NCBI GenBank assembly: GCA_965209055.1
Contig: OZ242374.1
Coordinates: 2,656,001-2,720,000, forward strand
DNA length: 64,000 nucleotides
Direction of reading: 5' to 3'
Origin: Acidobacteriota bacterium
GTDB lineage: Bacteria; Acidobacteriota; UBA6911; RPQK01; JAJDTT01
The translations under genes and the position numbers were made by a program. Positions 28,130 through 38,973 of this stretch are shown piece after piece; the stretch's first letter is position 1, and each line of letters begins with the position of its first letter. The notes beneath the pieces are model-generated. The model had not been told where the DNA came from. It searched no databases and saw nothing but the letters and a program-made list of their open reading frames with translations.

Positions 28130-28918
28130 ATGACCATTCGCATTCTGCAATTGAGCGATCCTCACCTCCTGTCCGACCCGGACTCACAGCATCGGGATGT
28201 CCCCACCTGGCGATCCTTTCGCCAGGTCCTTCGCCATCTGGATGGCGAGGCCTCCGGCTTTGACTGGGTGATCCTGACCGGGGATCTGGCGCACGATGAG
28301 CAGCGGGAAACCTACCGGCTCCTGAGGCGAACGTTGGAGGAACGAAGCACGCCTTGGCGGATGATCCCCGGGAATCACGACTGCCGGGCGTTCATGCGGG
28401 AGGTGTTCCCCGAAATGGCCGGTTCTGCCGGGGACTCCTTCGGCTTCTGCCTGGACCTGCCGGGCTGGAAGCTTGTGGGGCTGGATTCCCGGCTGCCCGG
28501 TTCCGTCTCCGGACGGGTGGGCCGCCGCCAGTTGGATTGGTTGAGGAAGGAACTGGAGGCGGACTCCGGAGTTCCTGCGATCCTTTTCATCCATCACCCT
28601 CCGGTTCCGGTCGGGTGCCCCTGGTTGGACCGGATCGGCTTGGAGGATGCCGGGCAACTCCGCTCGGTCGTGGGGGCGGCGCCTCAGGTTCAACTGGTCC
28701 TTTGCGGGCATGTCCACCACGAGTTCCGGGGTCGATTGGGTGAGGTGGAGGTTCTGTCCGCCCCCTCCACGGCTTTCCAATTCCTGCCCCAGGGAGAGAT
28801 CCCGGTCTTCGATCCTGCTCCCCCCGGCGCCCGGATCCTGGAACTGGACGGGTCGCGGTGGAGGACCCGTGTCGTCCGCGTTCCCGAATTGATCTGGGTG
28901 CCGAATCCCGACGTCTGA
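28130..28918 (+). CDS. 3',5'-cyclic-nucleotide phosphodiesterase (CpdA/Icc-like)
   Basis: QLSDPH, TGDL, PGNHD, HHPP, CGHVH, APSTAFQF. Confidence 0.88.
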   Translation: MTIRILQLSDPHLLSDPDSQHRDVPTWRSFRQVLRHLDGEASGFDWVILTGDLAHDEQRETYRLLRRTLEERSTPWRMIPGNHDCRAFMREVFPEMAGSAGDSFGFCLDLPGWKLVGLDSRLPGSVSGRVGRRQLDWLRKELEADSGVPAILFIHHPPVPVGCPWLDRIGLEDAGQLRSVVGAAPQVQLVLCGHVHHEFRGRLGEVEVLSAPSTAFQFLPQGEIPVFDPAPPGARILELDGSRWRTRVVRVPELIWVPNPDV

Positions 28919-28942
28919 CCGGAGCCGCGCTTCAAGTCCGGG

Positions 28943-31900
28943 TCAGAATCCCGAGCCCCGCTCCAGAAACAGGAACAGGTCCACCAGGTTCTGCGTGGTC
29001 ATGGCCTCCAGCAGGTCTTCGGGCATGATGGAGATCCGGGAAGTTCGCCGATCGGTAACGAGGTCCTTGGGAATCTCGATTCTCTCTCCGGTGGCGTCGA
29101 TGAGGGTCAACATCTCTTCTGTCTCATCCGCCAGCATTCCGGTCAACGGCTCGCGTCCCTTGGCCTCGACAATGAGCGCCGTGTACTGGTCGGAGATGAC
29201 CTTGGAGGGAAACATGATGGCCTCCAGGATCTCGGAACGGCGAAAGCGCTTGACCGCCGTCGACAGATCGGGTCCGCCGCCCCGGCCCTCGCTGCCGAAC
29301 ACGTGGCAATTGGAACACTTGGCCCGGTGGAATACGGCCCGCCCCCGTTCCGCGCTCCCCCTCTCGTAGGCCCCGGGATCGAATTCCAGGTAGAGGCTCA
29401 ATTCCTCGAAACTCATCTGGGTGAGCCGCGATCGCTCCGGTGGAGGCTCTCCGCTGATGAGCTCCAGAACCCGTTCCGCCCGCTTCCGCGCCAGCTCGGC
29501 CTCCCGCGCCTCGGCCTGGTCCCGCTCCTCCGCCGGAAGCAGGTCCAGAACGTCTTCCCAGAGGCGGGTGATGTAGCCGTGCATGCTGGCCGCACCCGGC
29601 ATCTGCCATCCCCGGTCGAACCACTCGACCAGGGTGTTCCGCTGAGCCCGGTTCCAACCGTGCTTGATGGATCGAAGAGCGTAAACGGTATGGATCTGGT
29701 CCGGCTGGGACTTTTCCGGCTTCAGATCCCGAAGCAGCGCCTCAATGGCGCCCGGCGTCTGCAGGTGCCCCAGGAGAGTTTCCAACTCCCGATTCACCAG
29801 AGAGCTTTCTGTGGGATACAGGTCCAGCAACCGGGAGCCGAGTTGGGAGGCGAATTTCTTGCGTCCCGGTGTTGCCGGCGCCGGGTCGCGCAGCAAGGCC
29901 AGCTGGCAGATTCGCAGGTAGGCCAGTCGGACCTCCTCGGTCATGGGTTCGCGGCTGTATTCCAGGATTTTTTCCTGAATGGCGTTCCAGTCCGGACCCG
30001 GGATTCCAACCCGGATCAAGGCCAGAAGGCCCTCCAGTGCCCCGTGAGGCCGCTCCCGTACGGTGTCGGCCAGAACCCGGGAGGTCCAGAGGAGTGGATC
30101 CATCCGCTCCAGTGTCAGCCTCGCGGCGTGGCGGACGAACCGGCCGGAATGATCCATGAGGCGGACCAGGCTCCGAGCCAGCGCTTCAGGATCCGGAAGA
30201 GGAGAGTCGGCGTTCAATCCGGCCCGCAGGAGGGATTCCGCGGCCCGCCTCGCCACCAGGGGGTCGGAGTCGCCCAAACGCTCATGCAGGCTGGGTGAGA
30301 CCGATTTCAGGGGGTGGGTCCCCAGCAGGAGGACCGCGGCCGCGCGGACCTCCCGATCCTCATCCCTGGAGAGCTGGTCCAGCAGCTCCGGGACGGGCGC
30401 CGGTCCCATGGTCTGAAGCAACTCCAGGGCGCGGACTCGCTGTTCGGAAGGAGAGGCCCGGTCGCGAGCGACTCGGATCAGGTCGCCTTCCCAACGGGTC
30501 CCCAATTCGGACTTGACCCGGGTCAGCGCCAGCTGTCCCCAAGCGGACCGGTGCATGGGCTGGGTCAGGGCCCTGCGGGCGCCGGAGCCGGTGCCGACGG
30601 AGGATGCGGGTGCCGCGTCGCCATGGAGGACCCTGTAGAGCCCGCCGCTGGTGGATCGGCCGCCCGCCGAGAAATAGAGGAGGCCGTCGGGGCTGACGTC
30701 CAGGTCGGTCACATTCAACGGTTCCCCTGTGACGAAGTCCTCGCCGGAGGCGACATACGTCGCCCCGGTCTGCTCCGGAAAGCTGACCCGGATGCGCCCC
30801 CGGGACCAGTCCCCCAGAAAGAGGGCTCCGTGATATTTCGGGGGGTAGGTCCGGTGCTGGTAGAAGGCGATTCCCACGGGTGAGCCGCGTCCCAGACCTT
30901 CGACGGCAGGGAGGGAATCGGGGTAGTAGTCCGGGAACTTGCTGGATCCCGTTCGCCAGCCGTAGTCTCCTCCGGGAACCGCGTGAAGGACCCGGATGGG
31001 ACGGTACCAGGGAAGCCCGAAGTCCCACTCCATGTCCGAATCGAAGGTAAAGATCTCTCCCTGTGGATTCAGAGCGAAGTCGAAGGCGTTCCGGAAACCG
31101 GCGCTGTACTGAGTGACCCGATTGCCGGCGAGATCCAGCCGGTGGATGGTTCCGGCGGGCACCCGGATCGAGTTGGCGTGTCCCCGGGGATCCACGTAGC
31201 GCTCCAGAAGATGGTCCTCCCGGAGCCCCCGGGAGGGAGAGCCCGGGTCGACGGTCGCGTCGGGGTAGGCGTAGTTGCCGTAGAGCAGGTACAGGTCGCC
31301 GTCCATGCCGGTCAGGATGGCGTGCGGCCCGTGCTCTCCGATCCGGCCGCGGCTGCCGGCGATCAGGGTGGTGGAATCGGCCTGGTCGTCGCCATCGTCG
31401 TCGACCAGCCGGTAGAGGCCCGGTCCGTCGGGCCCGTTGGCCTGCACCAGCAGGTCTCCGGCGCCCAGGTAGTGCATCCCGTGCGCTTTTTGCACCCGGT
31501 TCGAGAAGTCCCGGACCCGTTCGAACCGGCCGTCGCCGTCCTCATCCAGCAGGATGTGAATTCCACCGTGCTCACGGGCCACGACCGGCCTGCCCAAGTG
31601 GTCGAAGGCCATATTGACCAGTGAGCCCAGCAATTCGTCGGTGGCCACCTGCTCCACCTGGAAGCCGGCGGCAACCCGGAATCGTTCCTTGTTGCGCCGT
31701 ATCTGGCCGGTCGTCCTGGCCGCCTTGATCCGGATGTCCTTGTACAGGACCCGCATAGGCTGCCCGGTGTGGAGTTGGAGGGCGATGATCCCCGACCTCG
31801 ATCCCTTGGGATCGGTCAGGTCGCAAACCTGGTGGCCGTTGAGGATGAACCGGATCCGGCGTCCCTCGGCGATGATCTCGTACCGGTTCCATCCCGTCAG

Positions 31901-32386
31901 GTCGGCGCGTGAATTGATCGCCGCCTTCTCTTCGGGACTCAGCTTCTTCCAGTAGTCCATGATGCCGCGCTTGCCCTCTTCGTAGAGCATGCCGAAGTAT
32001 TTTTCTTCGGCGATGTCGGCCTGATACCCCTTGACCACGTAGTCGGGGTGCTGCTCGCTCCGGAACTGGATCCCACTGTTTCCCCGGATCAACTTCACCG
32101 AAACCCGCAATGTGAAATCGGTGAAGCTCCGGGTGGTGGAGAGAAAACTGTTGCGCTCGATCGGGTTCTCCTCCGTGGAACCGACGATCACTCCGTTTTC
32201 CACCTTCCAGAGTCGGGGGTCGCCGATCCAGCCGGTCAGATCCCGGCCGTTGAAGAGAGAAACGAATCCCTCTTCGTCCTGCGACGCGCGAATTGGAATG
32301 GAGCACAGGAAAAGCGAGAACAGGAATGCTGCTGCGAGTCGTGAAAGACCCTGTCCCAAGCCGGACGGGCGGCTTCTGAACTTCAT
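28943..32386 (-). CDS. DUF1080 + beta-propeller + HEAT + cytochrome c (PVC-type heme-binding dehydrogenase)
   Basis: SLFNGRDLTGW, NSGIQFR, IALQLH (DUF1080), then GEHGPH, GFRN, DSDMEWD, HEAT-like repeats, CSNCH..GPDLS and SIMPE. Confidence 0.88.
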   Translation of the reverse strand: MKFRSRPSGLGQGLSRLAAAFLFSLFLCSIPIRASQDEEGFVSLFNGRDLTGWIGDPRLWKVENGVIVGSTEENPIERNSFLSTTRSFTDFTLRVSVKLIRGNSGIQFRSEQHPDYVVKGYQADIAEEKYFGMLYEEGKRGIMDYWKKLSPEEKAAINSRADLTGWNRYEIIAEGRRIRFILNGHQVCDLTDPKGSRSGIIALQLHTGQPMRVLYKDIRIKAARTTGQIRRNKERFRVAAGFQVEQVATDELLGSLVNMAFDHLGRPVVAREHGGIHILLDEDGDGRFERVRDFSNRVQKAHGMHYLGAGDLLVQANGPDGPGLYRLVDDDGDDQADSTTLIAGSRGRIGEHGPHAILTGMDGDLYLLYGNYAYPDATVDPGSPSRGLREDHLLERYVDPRGHANSIRVPAGTIHRLDLAGNRVTQYSAGFRNAFDFALNPQGEIFTFDSDMEWDFGLPWYRPIRVLHAVPGGDYGWRTGSSKFPDYYPDSLPAVEGLGRGSPVGIAFYQHRTYPPKYHGALFLGDWSRGRIRVSFPEQTGATYVASGEDFVTGEPLNVTDLDVSPDGLLYFSAGGRSTSGGLYRVLHGDAAPASSVGTGSGARRALTQPMHRSAWGQLALTRVKSELGTRWEGDLIRVARDRASPSEQRVRALELLQTMGPAPVPELLDQLSRDEDREVRAAAVLLLGTHPLKSVSPSLHERLGDSDPLVARRAAESLLRAGLNADSPLPDPEALARSLVRLMDHSGRFVRHAARLTLERMDPLLWTSRVLADTVRERPHGALEGLLALIRVGIPGPDWNAIQEKILEYSREPMTEEVRLAYLRICQLALLRDPAPATPGRKKFASQLGSRLLDLYPTESSLVNRELETLLGHLQTPGAIEALLRDLKPEKSQPDQIHTVYALRSIKHGWNRAQRNTLVEWFDRGWQMPGAASMHGYITRLWEDVLDLLPAEERDQAEAREAELARKRAERVLELISGEPPPERSRLTQMSFEELSLYLEFDPGAYERGSAERGRAVFHRAKCSNCHVFGSEGRGGGPDLSTAVKRFRRSEILEAIMFPSKVISDQYTALIVEAKGREPLTGMLADETEEMLTLIDATGERIEIPKDLVTDRRTSRISIMPEDLLEAMTTQNLVDLFLFLERGSGF

Positions 32387-32565
32387 TCGCCAACCCCCTT
32401 CAGGTTTGTCCGAGTGTGCCATTTTGGTGTCGGAGAGAACTATTGTCACACCCGAACAGACTGTCAACCGAGGACCCGCTCCGATTGACACCGGCTCGGC
32501 CGGTTACTACTTTGGTCCGGCCGATCCGGGTTTCGATAAACCCGGACAACCGGAGGAGAGCCAAG

Positions 32566-33399
32566 ATGATGATTTCCAAATATTTCCAGCCACAGAATCT
32601 CGTTTGGTTGTGCCTGGCAATGTTTCTGGCGGTGAGCTGCAACCCGGCGGTCCAAAATGAGGCTTCCGAGGCGCCGGCGAGCGAAACAGCGGGAGAGGTC
32701 ATGCACGAGTACTACGAACTTCGCGTCTACCGCATCGACAGCCTCGAAAAGCAGGAAGTCGTCAGCCGCTACCTGGAGACCGCGCTGCTTCCCGCGTTGA
32801 ACCGGACGGGCATCGATCGAGTCGGAGTCTTCACATTGCAGGAAGCGGGAGACGACTTCTCCATTTTCACCCTGATCCCCTATCCGACCCTGGACCATAT
32901 GACTCGGCTGAGCGACGTTCTGGATCAGGACGCGGACTACCAGACGGCGGCGTCCGAATACTTTTCCGCATCCATCGACGACCCGGCCTACGGCCGAATC
33001 GAGAGCAAGCTGATGAAGGCCTTCGACAGCATCCCGGTCATGGAGCTGCCGGAGCAGTCGTCCACCGGAGACGCGCGGATTTTCGAGCTTCGGACCTACG
33101 AGAGCCATCACGAGAACGCGGCCTATCGGAAAGTGCAGATGTTCGACGAGGGGGAGACCCAGATTATGCGGGAAGCGGGTCTCGGTCCGGTGTTCTTCGG
33201 AGAAGTCCTGGTGGGCCATGACGTGCCGAACCTGACCTACATCCTGTCGAGCACCGATCGGGAGACGCACAAGAAGAGCTGGGAAGCCTTCCTGGCTCAT
33301 CCGGACTGGGTCAGGATGAAGGCCATGGAGCGCTACAAGGACACGGTCTCCAAGATCACGAACTGGTTTCTGATTCCGACTTCCTATTCGCAGATCTGA
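32566..33399 (+). CDS. NIPSNAP-domain lipoprotein
   Basis: Lipobox LAVSC, YYELRVY, IFELRTYES, PTSYSQI. Confidence 0.85.
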   Translation: MMISKYFQPQNLVWLCLAMFLAVSCNPAVQNEASEAPASETAGEVMHEYYELRVYRIDSLEKQEVVSRYLETALLPALNRTGIDRVGVFTLQEAGDDFSIFTLIPYPTLDHMTRLSDVLDQDADYQTAASEYFSASIDDPAYGRIESKLMKAFDSIPVMELPEQSSTGDARIFELRTYESHHENAAYRKVQMFDEGETQIMREAGLGPVFFGEVLVGHDVPNLTYILSSTDRETHKKSWEAFLAHPDWVRMKAMERYKDTVSKITNWFLIPTSYSQI

Positions 33400-33417
33400 C
33401 CACCGATCGAACGGGCA

Positions 33418-35898
33418 GTGGCAGCCTCCGGGCAGGGTTTGAGAAAAGGACTCCGATACGCGGCGTGGGCCCTGCTGGCCGTGGCGCTCGGGTCGTTCCT
33501 GACCTTCCACCATCTGGCGCGCCGGGCATTGCCCCAACTCGACGGAGTCCGCATTGTAACGGGCCTGCAACAGCCGGTTGAAATCGTACGCGACCGTTGG
33601 GGCGTCCCCCATATTTTCGCCGGCAGTGATACGGACGCCTATTTCGCCCTGGGCTACGTCCACGCCCAGGACCGCCTCTTCCAATTGGACCTGACCCGGC
33701 ACCTCAGCCAGGGACGTCTGGCGGAGCTGGTGGGTGAACCTGGGCTGGATCTGGATCTCCTCTTTCGGACCATCGACCTGCACGGCCCAACGCGCCGGAT
33801 GCTGCAGCGGGCCAGTGCGCCGGTTCGCGCGGCGGCCGGGGCGTATGTCCTCGGCATCAACGCCGCCGTCGCCGATCTGGATGGCGCACTCCCGCTGGAG
33901 TTCGCCCTTTTGCGCCATGAGTTCGAGCGGGCCGAGCCTGACGACTTCGTCGGGTTGATCGGGCTCATGACGTGGGGACTGAACCTCTCGTGGGATATGG
34001 ACCGCCGTTTCGAGCAACTGGCGGCACGCATGGGAGAGGAACGTGCGCGGGAACTTTTCCCCTTCATTCAGGGAGGGTCACCCGCGGTTCATCCGCGGTC
34101 CGGCACGACTGCGACGAAATCGCCGGCCCCGGAAACAGCGCAGGCAGTCGCGTGGCTCGACCGTCTCGGCGAGTTGATTTCGGGCGCTTCGAGTACCCCG
34201 TTTCCTTCACGGCTGTTTCCCATGCTCCATGGAAGTGGAGCCAGCAACAGCTGGGTGGTGTCACCCCGGCGCAGCACGACCGGCCACGCCATTCTGGCCA
34301 ACGATCCTCATTTGGGTTTTACCCTCCCGCCCATTTGGTACCAGGCGCATCTGCATGCTCCCGGATTCGACGTGGCCGGAGTGACGCTGCCCGGCCTGCC
34401 CCTGGTGGTGATCGGGCGAAACCGGGACATCGCCTGGGGTCTCACCAATGTGATGCAGGACGCGGCGGATTTCTTCGTGGAGAAGCTGGACCCGGTGCGG
34501 CCCGGCCGGGTCATGTACCGCGGCGAATGGGTGAAGCTGGAAAAAAGGGTGGAAACGATCCGGATCAAGGGTGGAGAATCGCGGATGCTGGAAGTGCTGT
34601 CCACACCGCACGGCCCGTTGGTCAATCACCTGCTTCCCGAGATTCAGAAGCCCGTCTCCTACCGCTGGACCCTGCAGGCAGCGGACCACGCCAATGAGGC
34701 GGAGGGCTTGTGGCTTCTGAACCGGGCCCGGAACTGGGAGGAGTTCCGCCGGTCCATGGCGTGGTTCGGCGCCGCGGCCCAGAACGTGGTCTACGCCGAC
34801 CGGGAAGGACACATCGGCATGCAGACCGTGGGAGCTTTTCCGCGCCTTGCAGGTCGAAACGACGGGCTCCGGTTCCGCGTAGGCTGGGATGGCAGCGAGG
34901 AGTGGGACGGTTTCCATCCCTTCGAAGAGAATCCGGTCAGTTTCGACCCGCCGCAGGGTTGGCTGGCCTCGGCCAACAATCCTACGGTCGAAGCGCCGGG
35001 ACCCTTCTACATCTCCGCTTATTGGGAGCCGGTGGACCGTATCAGCCGGATCCGGGAGGTTCTGGCCTCTCGGGGAAAACTCTCGGTGGAAGACATGGAA
35101 GGCCTCCAAGGAGATCTCCTGCTGATGTCGGCCCGTGAGATCGTCCCCCTTCTGTTGGAGGCATTCGATTCTTCACCACCCGCTACGGTCCCGGTGGGGA
35201 AGGCTCTCGAACTCATGCGCGGTTGGAACCACACCATGGAGGCCGGCCAAGCCGCTCCGACCCTGTTCGCAGTCTTCCACCGGCAATTGTTCGAGGAGAT
35301 CTTTCGGGACGATCTGGGGAAGGAACTGATCCAGGCGTTTCGGTCCCGCGGCAATCTTCCGGACATCATGGTTCGAACGGTGCTGAAGCGGGGAGCCGGG
35401 CGTTGGTTGGACCGGGCCGAAACGCCACGCGTCGAGGAGCTGCCGGACATTCTCCGGTCCGCCTTTCAGAAGGCCGTTGACCGCGTTTCGACTCGTTGGG
35501 GGCCGGAACCCAAGGATTGGGTCTGGGGAGATGTCCACACCCTGACTCTGCCCCATCCGGTGGGTGCGACCTCCTGGCTGTTGGGTGAGTACTTCAACCT
35601 GGGTCCCTTCCCGGTTCCCGGCTCCAACGCCACAGTCCGGAAGATGGAGTACCGGTCAGACGACTTCCGGGTCGTGTCCGGCGCCTCAGTGCGGCAGATC
35701 ACCGACTTTTCGAAGCCGGACCGAATTCTGTCGACGATCCCCGGCGGCCAGTCGGGAATCCCGGCCTCGCCCCACTACGACGACCTGCCGGACCTCTGGC
35801 TGACCGGGCAGTACCACACGATCCCCATGAACCGGGAAGCGATCCAGGTGAAGCACCGCCTGATCCTTCGTCCCGCGCCGCCGGATGCCCGTGAGTAG
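33418..35898 (+). CDS. Penicillin acylase / AHL-acylase family Ntn-hydrolase
   Basis: RDRWGVPHI, HAQDRLFQ, nucleophile GASNSW, ANDPHL, QNVVYAD, PGGQSG..SPHY. Confidence 0.93.
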   Translation: MAASGQGLRKGLRYAAWALLAVALGSFLTFHHLARRALPQLDGVRIVTGLQQPVEIVRDRWGVPHIFAGSDTDAYFALGYVHAQDRLFQLDLTRHLSQGRLAELVGEPGLDLDLLFRTIDLHGPTRRMLQRASAPVRAAAGAYVLGINAAVADLDGALPLEFALLRHEFERAEPDDFVGLIGLMTWGLNLSWDMDRRFEQLAARMGEERARELFPFIQGGSPAVHPRSGTTATKSPAPETAQAVAWLDRLGELISGASSTPFPSRLFPMLHGSGASNSWVVSPRRSTTGHAILANDPHLGFTLPPIWYQAHLHAPGFDVAGVTLPGLPLVVIGRNRDIAWGLTNVMQDAADFFVEKLDPVRPGRVMYRGEWVKLEKRVETIRIKGGESRMLEVLSTPHGPLVNHLLPEIQKPVSYRWTLQAADHANEAEGLWLLNRARNWEEFRRSMAWFGAAAQNVVYADREGHIGMQTVGAFPRLAGRNDGLRFRVGWDGSEEWDGFHPFEENPVSFDPPQGWLASANNPTVEAPGPFYISAYWEPVDRISRIREVLASRGKLSVEDMEGLQGDLLLMSAREIVPLLLEAFDSSPPATVPVGKALELMRGWNHTMEAGQAAPTLFAVFHRQLFEEIFRDDLGKELIQAFRSRGNLPDIMVRTVLKRGAGRWLDRAETPRVEELPDILRSAFQKAVDRVSTRWGPEPKDWVWGDVHTLTLPHPVGATSWLLGEYFNLGPFPVPGSNATVRKMEYRSDDFRVVSGASVRQITDFSKPDRILSTIPGGQSGIPASPHYDDLPDLWLTGQYHTIPMNREAIQVKHRLILRPAPPDARE

Positions 35899-36000
35899 AT
35901 TCCACCAGTTTCCCCAGAAACTTGAACTTGCCCTGGACGCCATTGCCGCGTTGAATGAATACGCCTATCCTCCGTCGTTGGAAAAGAGGGAAGTTCTGTG

Positions 36001-36042
36001 GCAGGGGCACCCCCTTGCGGGTGCCCTCTCTTGTGGGTGTCC
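36001..36042. repeat. REP-like hairpin
   Basis: GCAG-GGGCACCC-CCTTGC-GGGTGCCC plus a partial second copy (cttgtgggtgtcc). Confidence 0.5.
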
Positions 36043-36066
36043 ACCATCGCTGAAGGCAGCAAAGAC

Positions 36067-36882
36067 ATGAACTTTTCATTTCGATCGTTTGCGTTGGTTT
36101 TCGTTGTGGGATTGGCAATGTCGTCGATCATGGGGAAGAAGCGGGACTACCGGAGCAGTCCGTTTCGGGTAGCGGTGGCATTGGGCGAGAGCACGACCGC
36201 CGGCGGCACGGCGACGACGCCCGAATTGAGCTGGGTCAGCCTGTTGGCCGAACTGATCAACGAGAACCAGATGGAGCCGGTTCGAATGATCAACAACGGC
36301 ATCGGAGCCAACCTGATCTCTCCGCGCAGCCCCACCTATCAGGCGTCCCGACACCCGAGTGCCCTGGAGCGTTACCAGGAGCATGTCATCGCGTACGATC
36401 CCGACTTGGTTCTCGTCTCGTACGGTTTCAACGACGCCCGGGGAGGGACGCCGTTGGGTCAGTTCCTGGAGGACCTTCGCCACATCGTTCTGGAAATCAA
36501 ACGGCAAACCGGGGCGGTCGTAGTGCTGTTGAATGCCTATTTCCTGACCGAGTTCGACGGGCACGCGCCCTACGATCAGGCCGATGTCGCCGTTCTCCAG
36601 GGCTACAACAGCGCTATGAAGCAGTTGGCCGCCGAATGCGACGTCCTCCTGGCCGACGTCTTTGCGGCCGAGGGGCAGGCGCCCTGGATGATCGACACCG
36701 ACGGTGTGCATCCCAACAACCTGGGGCACCGGATCATCGCCAACCGGGTCTTCGAAGTCCTGGCTCAGAATTGCAGCGCCCTCTCCGGCAAGGCCTTCCA
36801 GCAGCGGAAGTCGATGAAGCAGTGGCGTCCGGCGCGTGAGAAGCAGATCCAGCAGGAATTCTTCGAAAAGAGGAAGCCGTAG
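36067..36882 (+). CDS. SGNH/GDSL hydrolase family protein
   Basis: ALGESTT, NNGIGA, YGFND, DGVHPN..GH, with an N-terminal signal. Confidence 0.88.
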   Translation: MNFSFRSFALVFVVGLAMSSIMGKKRDYRSSPFRVAVALGESTTAGGTATTPELSWVSLLAELINENQMEPVRMINNGIGANLISPRSPTYQASRHPSALERYQEHVIAYDPDLVLVSYGFNDARGGTPLGQFLEDLRHIVLEIKRQTGAVVVLLNAYFLTEFDGHAPYDQADVAVLQGYNSAMKQLAAECDVLLADVFAAEGQAPWMIDTDGVHPNNLGHRIIANRVFEVLAQNCSALSGKAFQQRKSMKQWRPAREKQIQQEFFEKRKP

Positions 36883-37165
36883 TTACAGGAGTCCGCGCCG
36901 TAGGAATGATCGTAGCGGGAAAGTGGGGAATCGAGGACAGATTTTCCCGATTTTGAGGTGCATAGTTGTTCTATTCGCCGAGAAATTGGGGAAATAAGGA
37001 CCGGTTCTACCGCTTTCACAGTAGATCAATTTCTGCGGCGCAGGCTCCTATGCCGGCTGTGCATTCATCCAGAACTCGGGGACCTGTCTGAACGACGCGT
37101 TCAGTGCGATCGCCCCGGAGCCGCTCAAGCCGATTTTCTGGAGGCCTCCGCGGGTCACTGGCGTG

Positions 37166-38140
37166 TCAGGACGAGCAGGCGGCAGCCGAAAGCGTATCGA
37201 GTTTTTGCCGCACCGAGTCGTCCAGCGTCCAACCGACTGAACGCAGGCTGTCGTCCAGGTGATCGATCGTGTCCCCGCCGGTGATGGCCACGGTCACTTC
37301 GGGGTGTGAGAGGACCCAGGCGATGGCCAGTTGCGCCGGCGTCCTTCCCAGTTCCTTCGCGAGTTCGATGACGGTCGAGACGACTTCGCCGGAAGGCCCC
37401 TGCATGGCGGCGGAAAACCTTTTTCGGTGGCCCGGCGTCGTCCAGAGGGACCCGGAAGGAGGAGGACGGTCCGGCGAGTAGAGTCCACTGAGGAGGCCAA
37501 CCGCGAGTGGACTGTAGGCCATGACCCCCAAACCCTGGTCCCGGACCAGTCCGAACATCTCCCGCTCCAAATCCCGGTTCAGCAGGTGGTAGGGGTTCTG
37601 TATGCAAATGAAGGGGGCCGCGTTCATTCGATCGGCGAGCCACAAGGCTTTGCAGACCTGCCAGGCGGCGAAGTTGCAGCAGCCTGCGTAGCGCACCTTG
37701 CCCGAACGGACCAGGTCGTCCAGGGCGCGGACCGTCTCCTCGAGAGGCGTGGAATCGTCGAATACGTGAGCCAGGTAGACGTCGATATGATCGGTATCCA
37801 GCCGAGTCAGGGAACGCTCCACCTCGCGCAGGATGTGGTCCCTGGACAGTCCCCGGTCGTTCGGTCCATCGCCGGTGGGGGAGGCCACCTTCGAGGTGAT
37901 GATGACGGCGTCCCGTTTTCCCTTGAGCGCCTTGCCCAGGATGACCTCGGAACGGCCGGCGCTCTCGCGACGGTCCAAAGGGCCGTATACATTGGCGCAA
38001 TCGATCAGAGTGATGCCTTGGTCGATGGCGTGTTCGATGGTCCGCTGCGCCTCCGCCTCGTCCGCCTGGCCCCGGAATCCCAGCCCCAAGGCCAAGCGGC
38101 TGACCTTGATTCCGGCCTTTCCGAAGTTCACGTATTGCAT
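37166..38140 (-). CDS. Aldo/keto reductase
   Basis: DCANVYG, SKV, SLTRLDTDHIDVY, GKVRY, YSPLAVGLLSG, TPAQLAIAW. Confidence 0.93.
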   Translation of the reverse strand: MQYVNFGKAGIKVSRLALGLGFRGQADEAEAQRTIEHAIDQGITLIDCANVYGPLDRRESAGRSEVILGKALKGKRDAVIITSKVASPTGDGPNDRGLSRDHILREVERSLTRLDTDHIDVYLAHVFDDSTPLEETVRALDDLVRSGKVRYAGCCNFAAWQVCKALWLADRMNAAPFICIQNPYHLLNRDLEREMFGLVRDQGLGVMAYSPLAVGLLSGLYSPDRPPPSGSLWTTPGHRKRFSAAMQGPSGEVVSTVIELAKELGRTPAQLAIAWVLSHPEVTVAITGGDTIDHLDDSLRSVGWTLDDSVRQKLDTLSAAACSS

Positions 38141-38287
38141 CAGTTCGGCCCCCCGCGCGCTGGAGGTTCAAGACGGAGCCCAAGTCGTGATTCTACGATA
38201 CTCCTGAGGACCGCTCGAAGCGGATCCGATTCGGACCTTCCCCTTTTTTCCAGCGGGATTCGACCCCTGCAAGCCATCGACGTGGTT

Positions 38288-38935
38288 TTATCCCGGACTC
38301 CCTCGCTGAGCGGTCCTGGTCCCAGATGTCGAGAAGAGGGGAGAGTCCTCCCCGACCTTCTTCTTTTTCTTGCGCCTGTCCTGATCCGGCTGGCGAAAGT
38401 AGGTTCTCGTCTGAACCGAGGCCCTGGAGTGGTTCACAGAGCGCTTGGAGTACGAGGCGGAGTTGACACGCATTCCAAGCGATCTGCCGGCTGCTCCATG
38501 GGTGTCCGTCTGTTTTTGGTCAACACCGGCCGACATGAACAAGAATTCCCACCCGGCCTTCTTTTTCCGGGAGACCAGGGCAAGGCAGCTTTCGTGTGTG
38601 TACTCACGCGAAGCGTTCTCGTAGCCGTCCGTGTCAATCATGACCATGACCCTGTCGCCATTGGAAGCGACAGACTCGGCGTGGGCGATCGACTTGCCGA
38701 TGGCGTCGTACAAGGGCGTCATCGCTCCAGGGCGGTAGTCCTTCTCCTTCATGGGCTTCCACTTCCTGACCGATCCGTGGAAAAACTCGGTCCAGCGTTC
38801 GCTGTCGAACATGAACACTGTGAGTAGAGTCTTCTTGGGCAGTTGGTTCACGTACTCGTTCAGAGAGGTCACGACCCTCCGTTCCTGACCGCTCATGGAA
38901 CCGGTCTCGTCAAGCGTTACAATTGCGTGGTTCAT
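38288..38935 (-). CDS. vWA-domain protein
   Basis: MIDAS-like LDETGSM, TPLYDAIG, TDGYENASREY, GWEFLFM. Confidence 0.88.
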   Translation of the reverse strand: MNHAIVTLDETGSMSGQERRVVTSLNEYVNQLPKKTLLTVFMFDSERWTEFFHGSVRKWKPMKEKDYRPGAMTPLYDAIGKSIAHAESVASNGDRVMVMIDTDGYENASREYTHESCLALVSRKKKAGWEFLFMSAGVDQKQTDTHGAAGRSLGMRVNSASYSKRSVNHSRASVQTRTYFRQPDQDRRKKKKKVGEDSPLFSTSGTRTAQRGSPG

Positions 38936-38973
38936 ATTTCCTCCTTCAGTTTCTTCCTCGTTTTGGGAAAGTG

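Noticed and set aside
36900-37150. Lower-GC intergenic stretch with GGGGAA..GGAC repeats
   Set aside because: Too degenerate to call a MITE or RNA from sequence alone.
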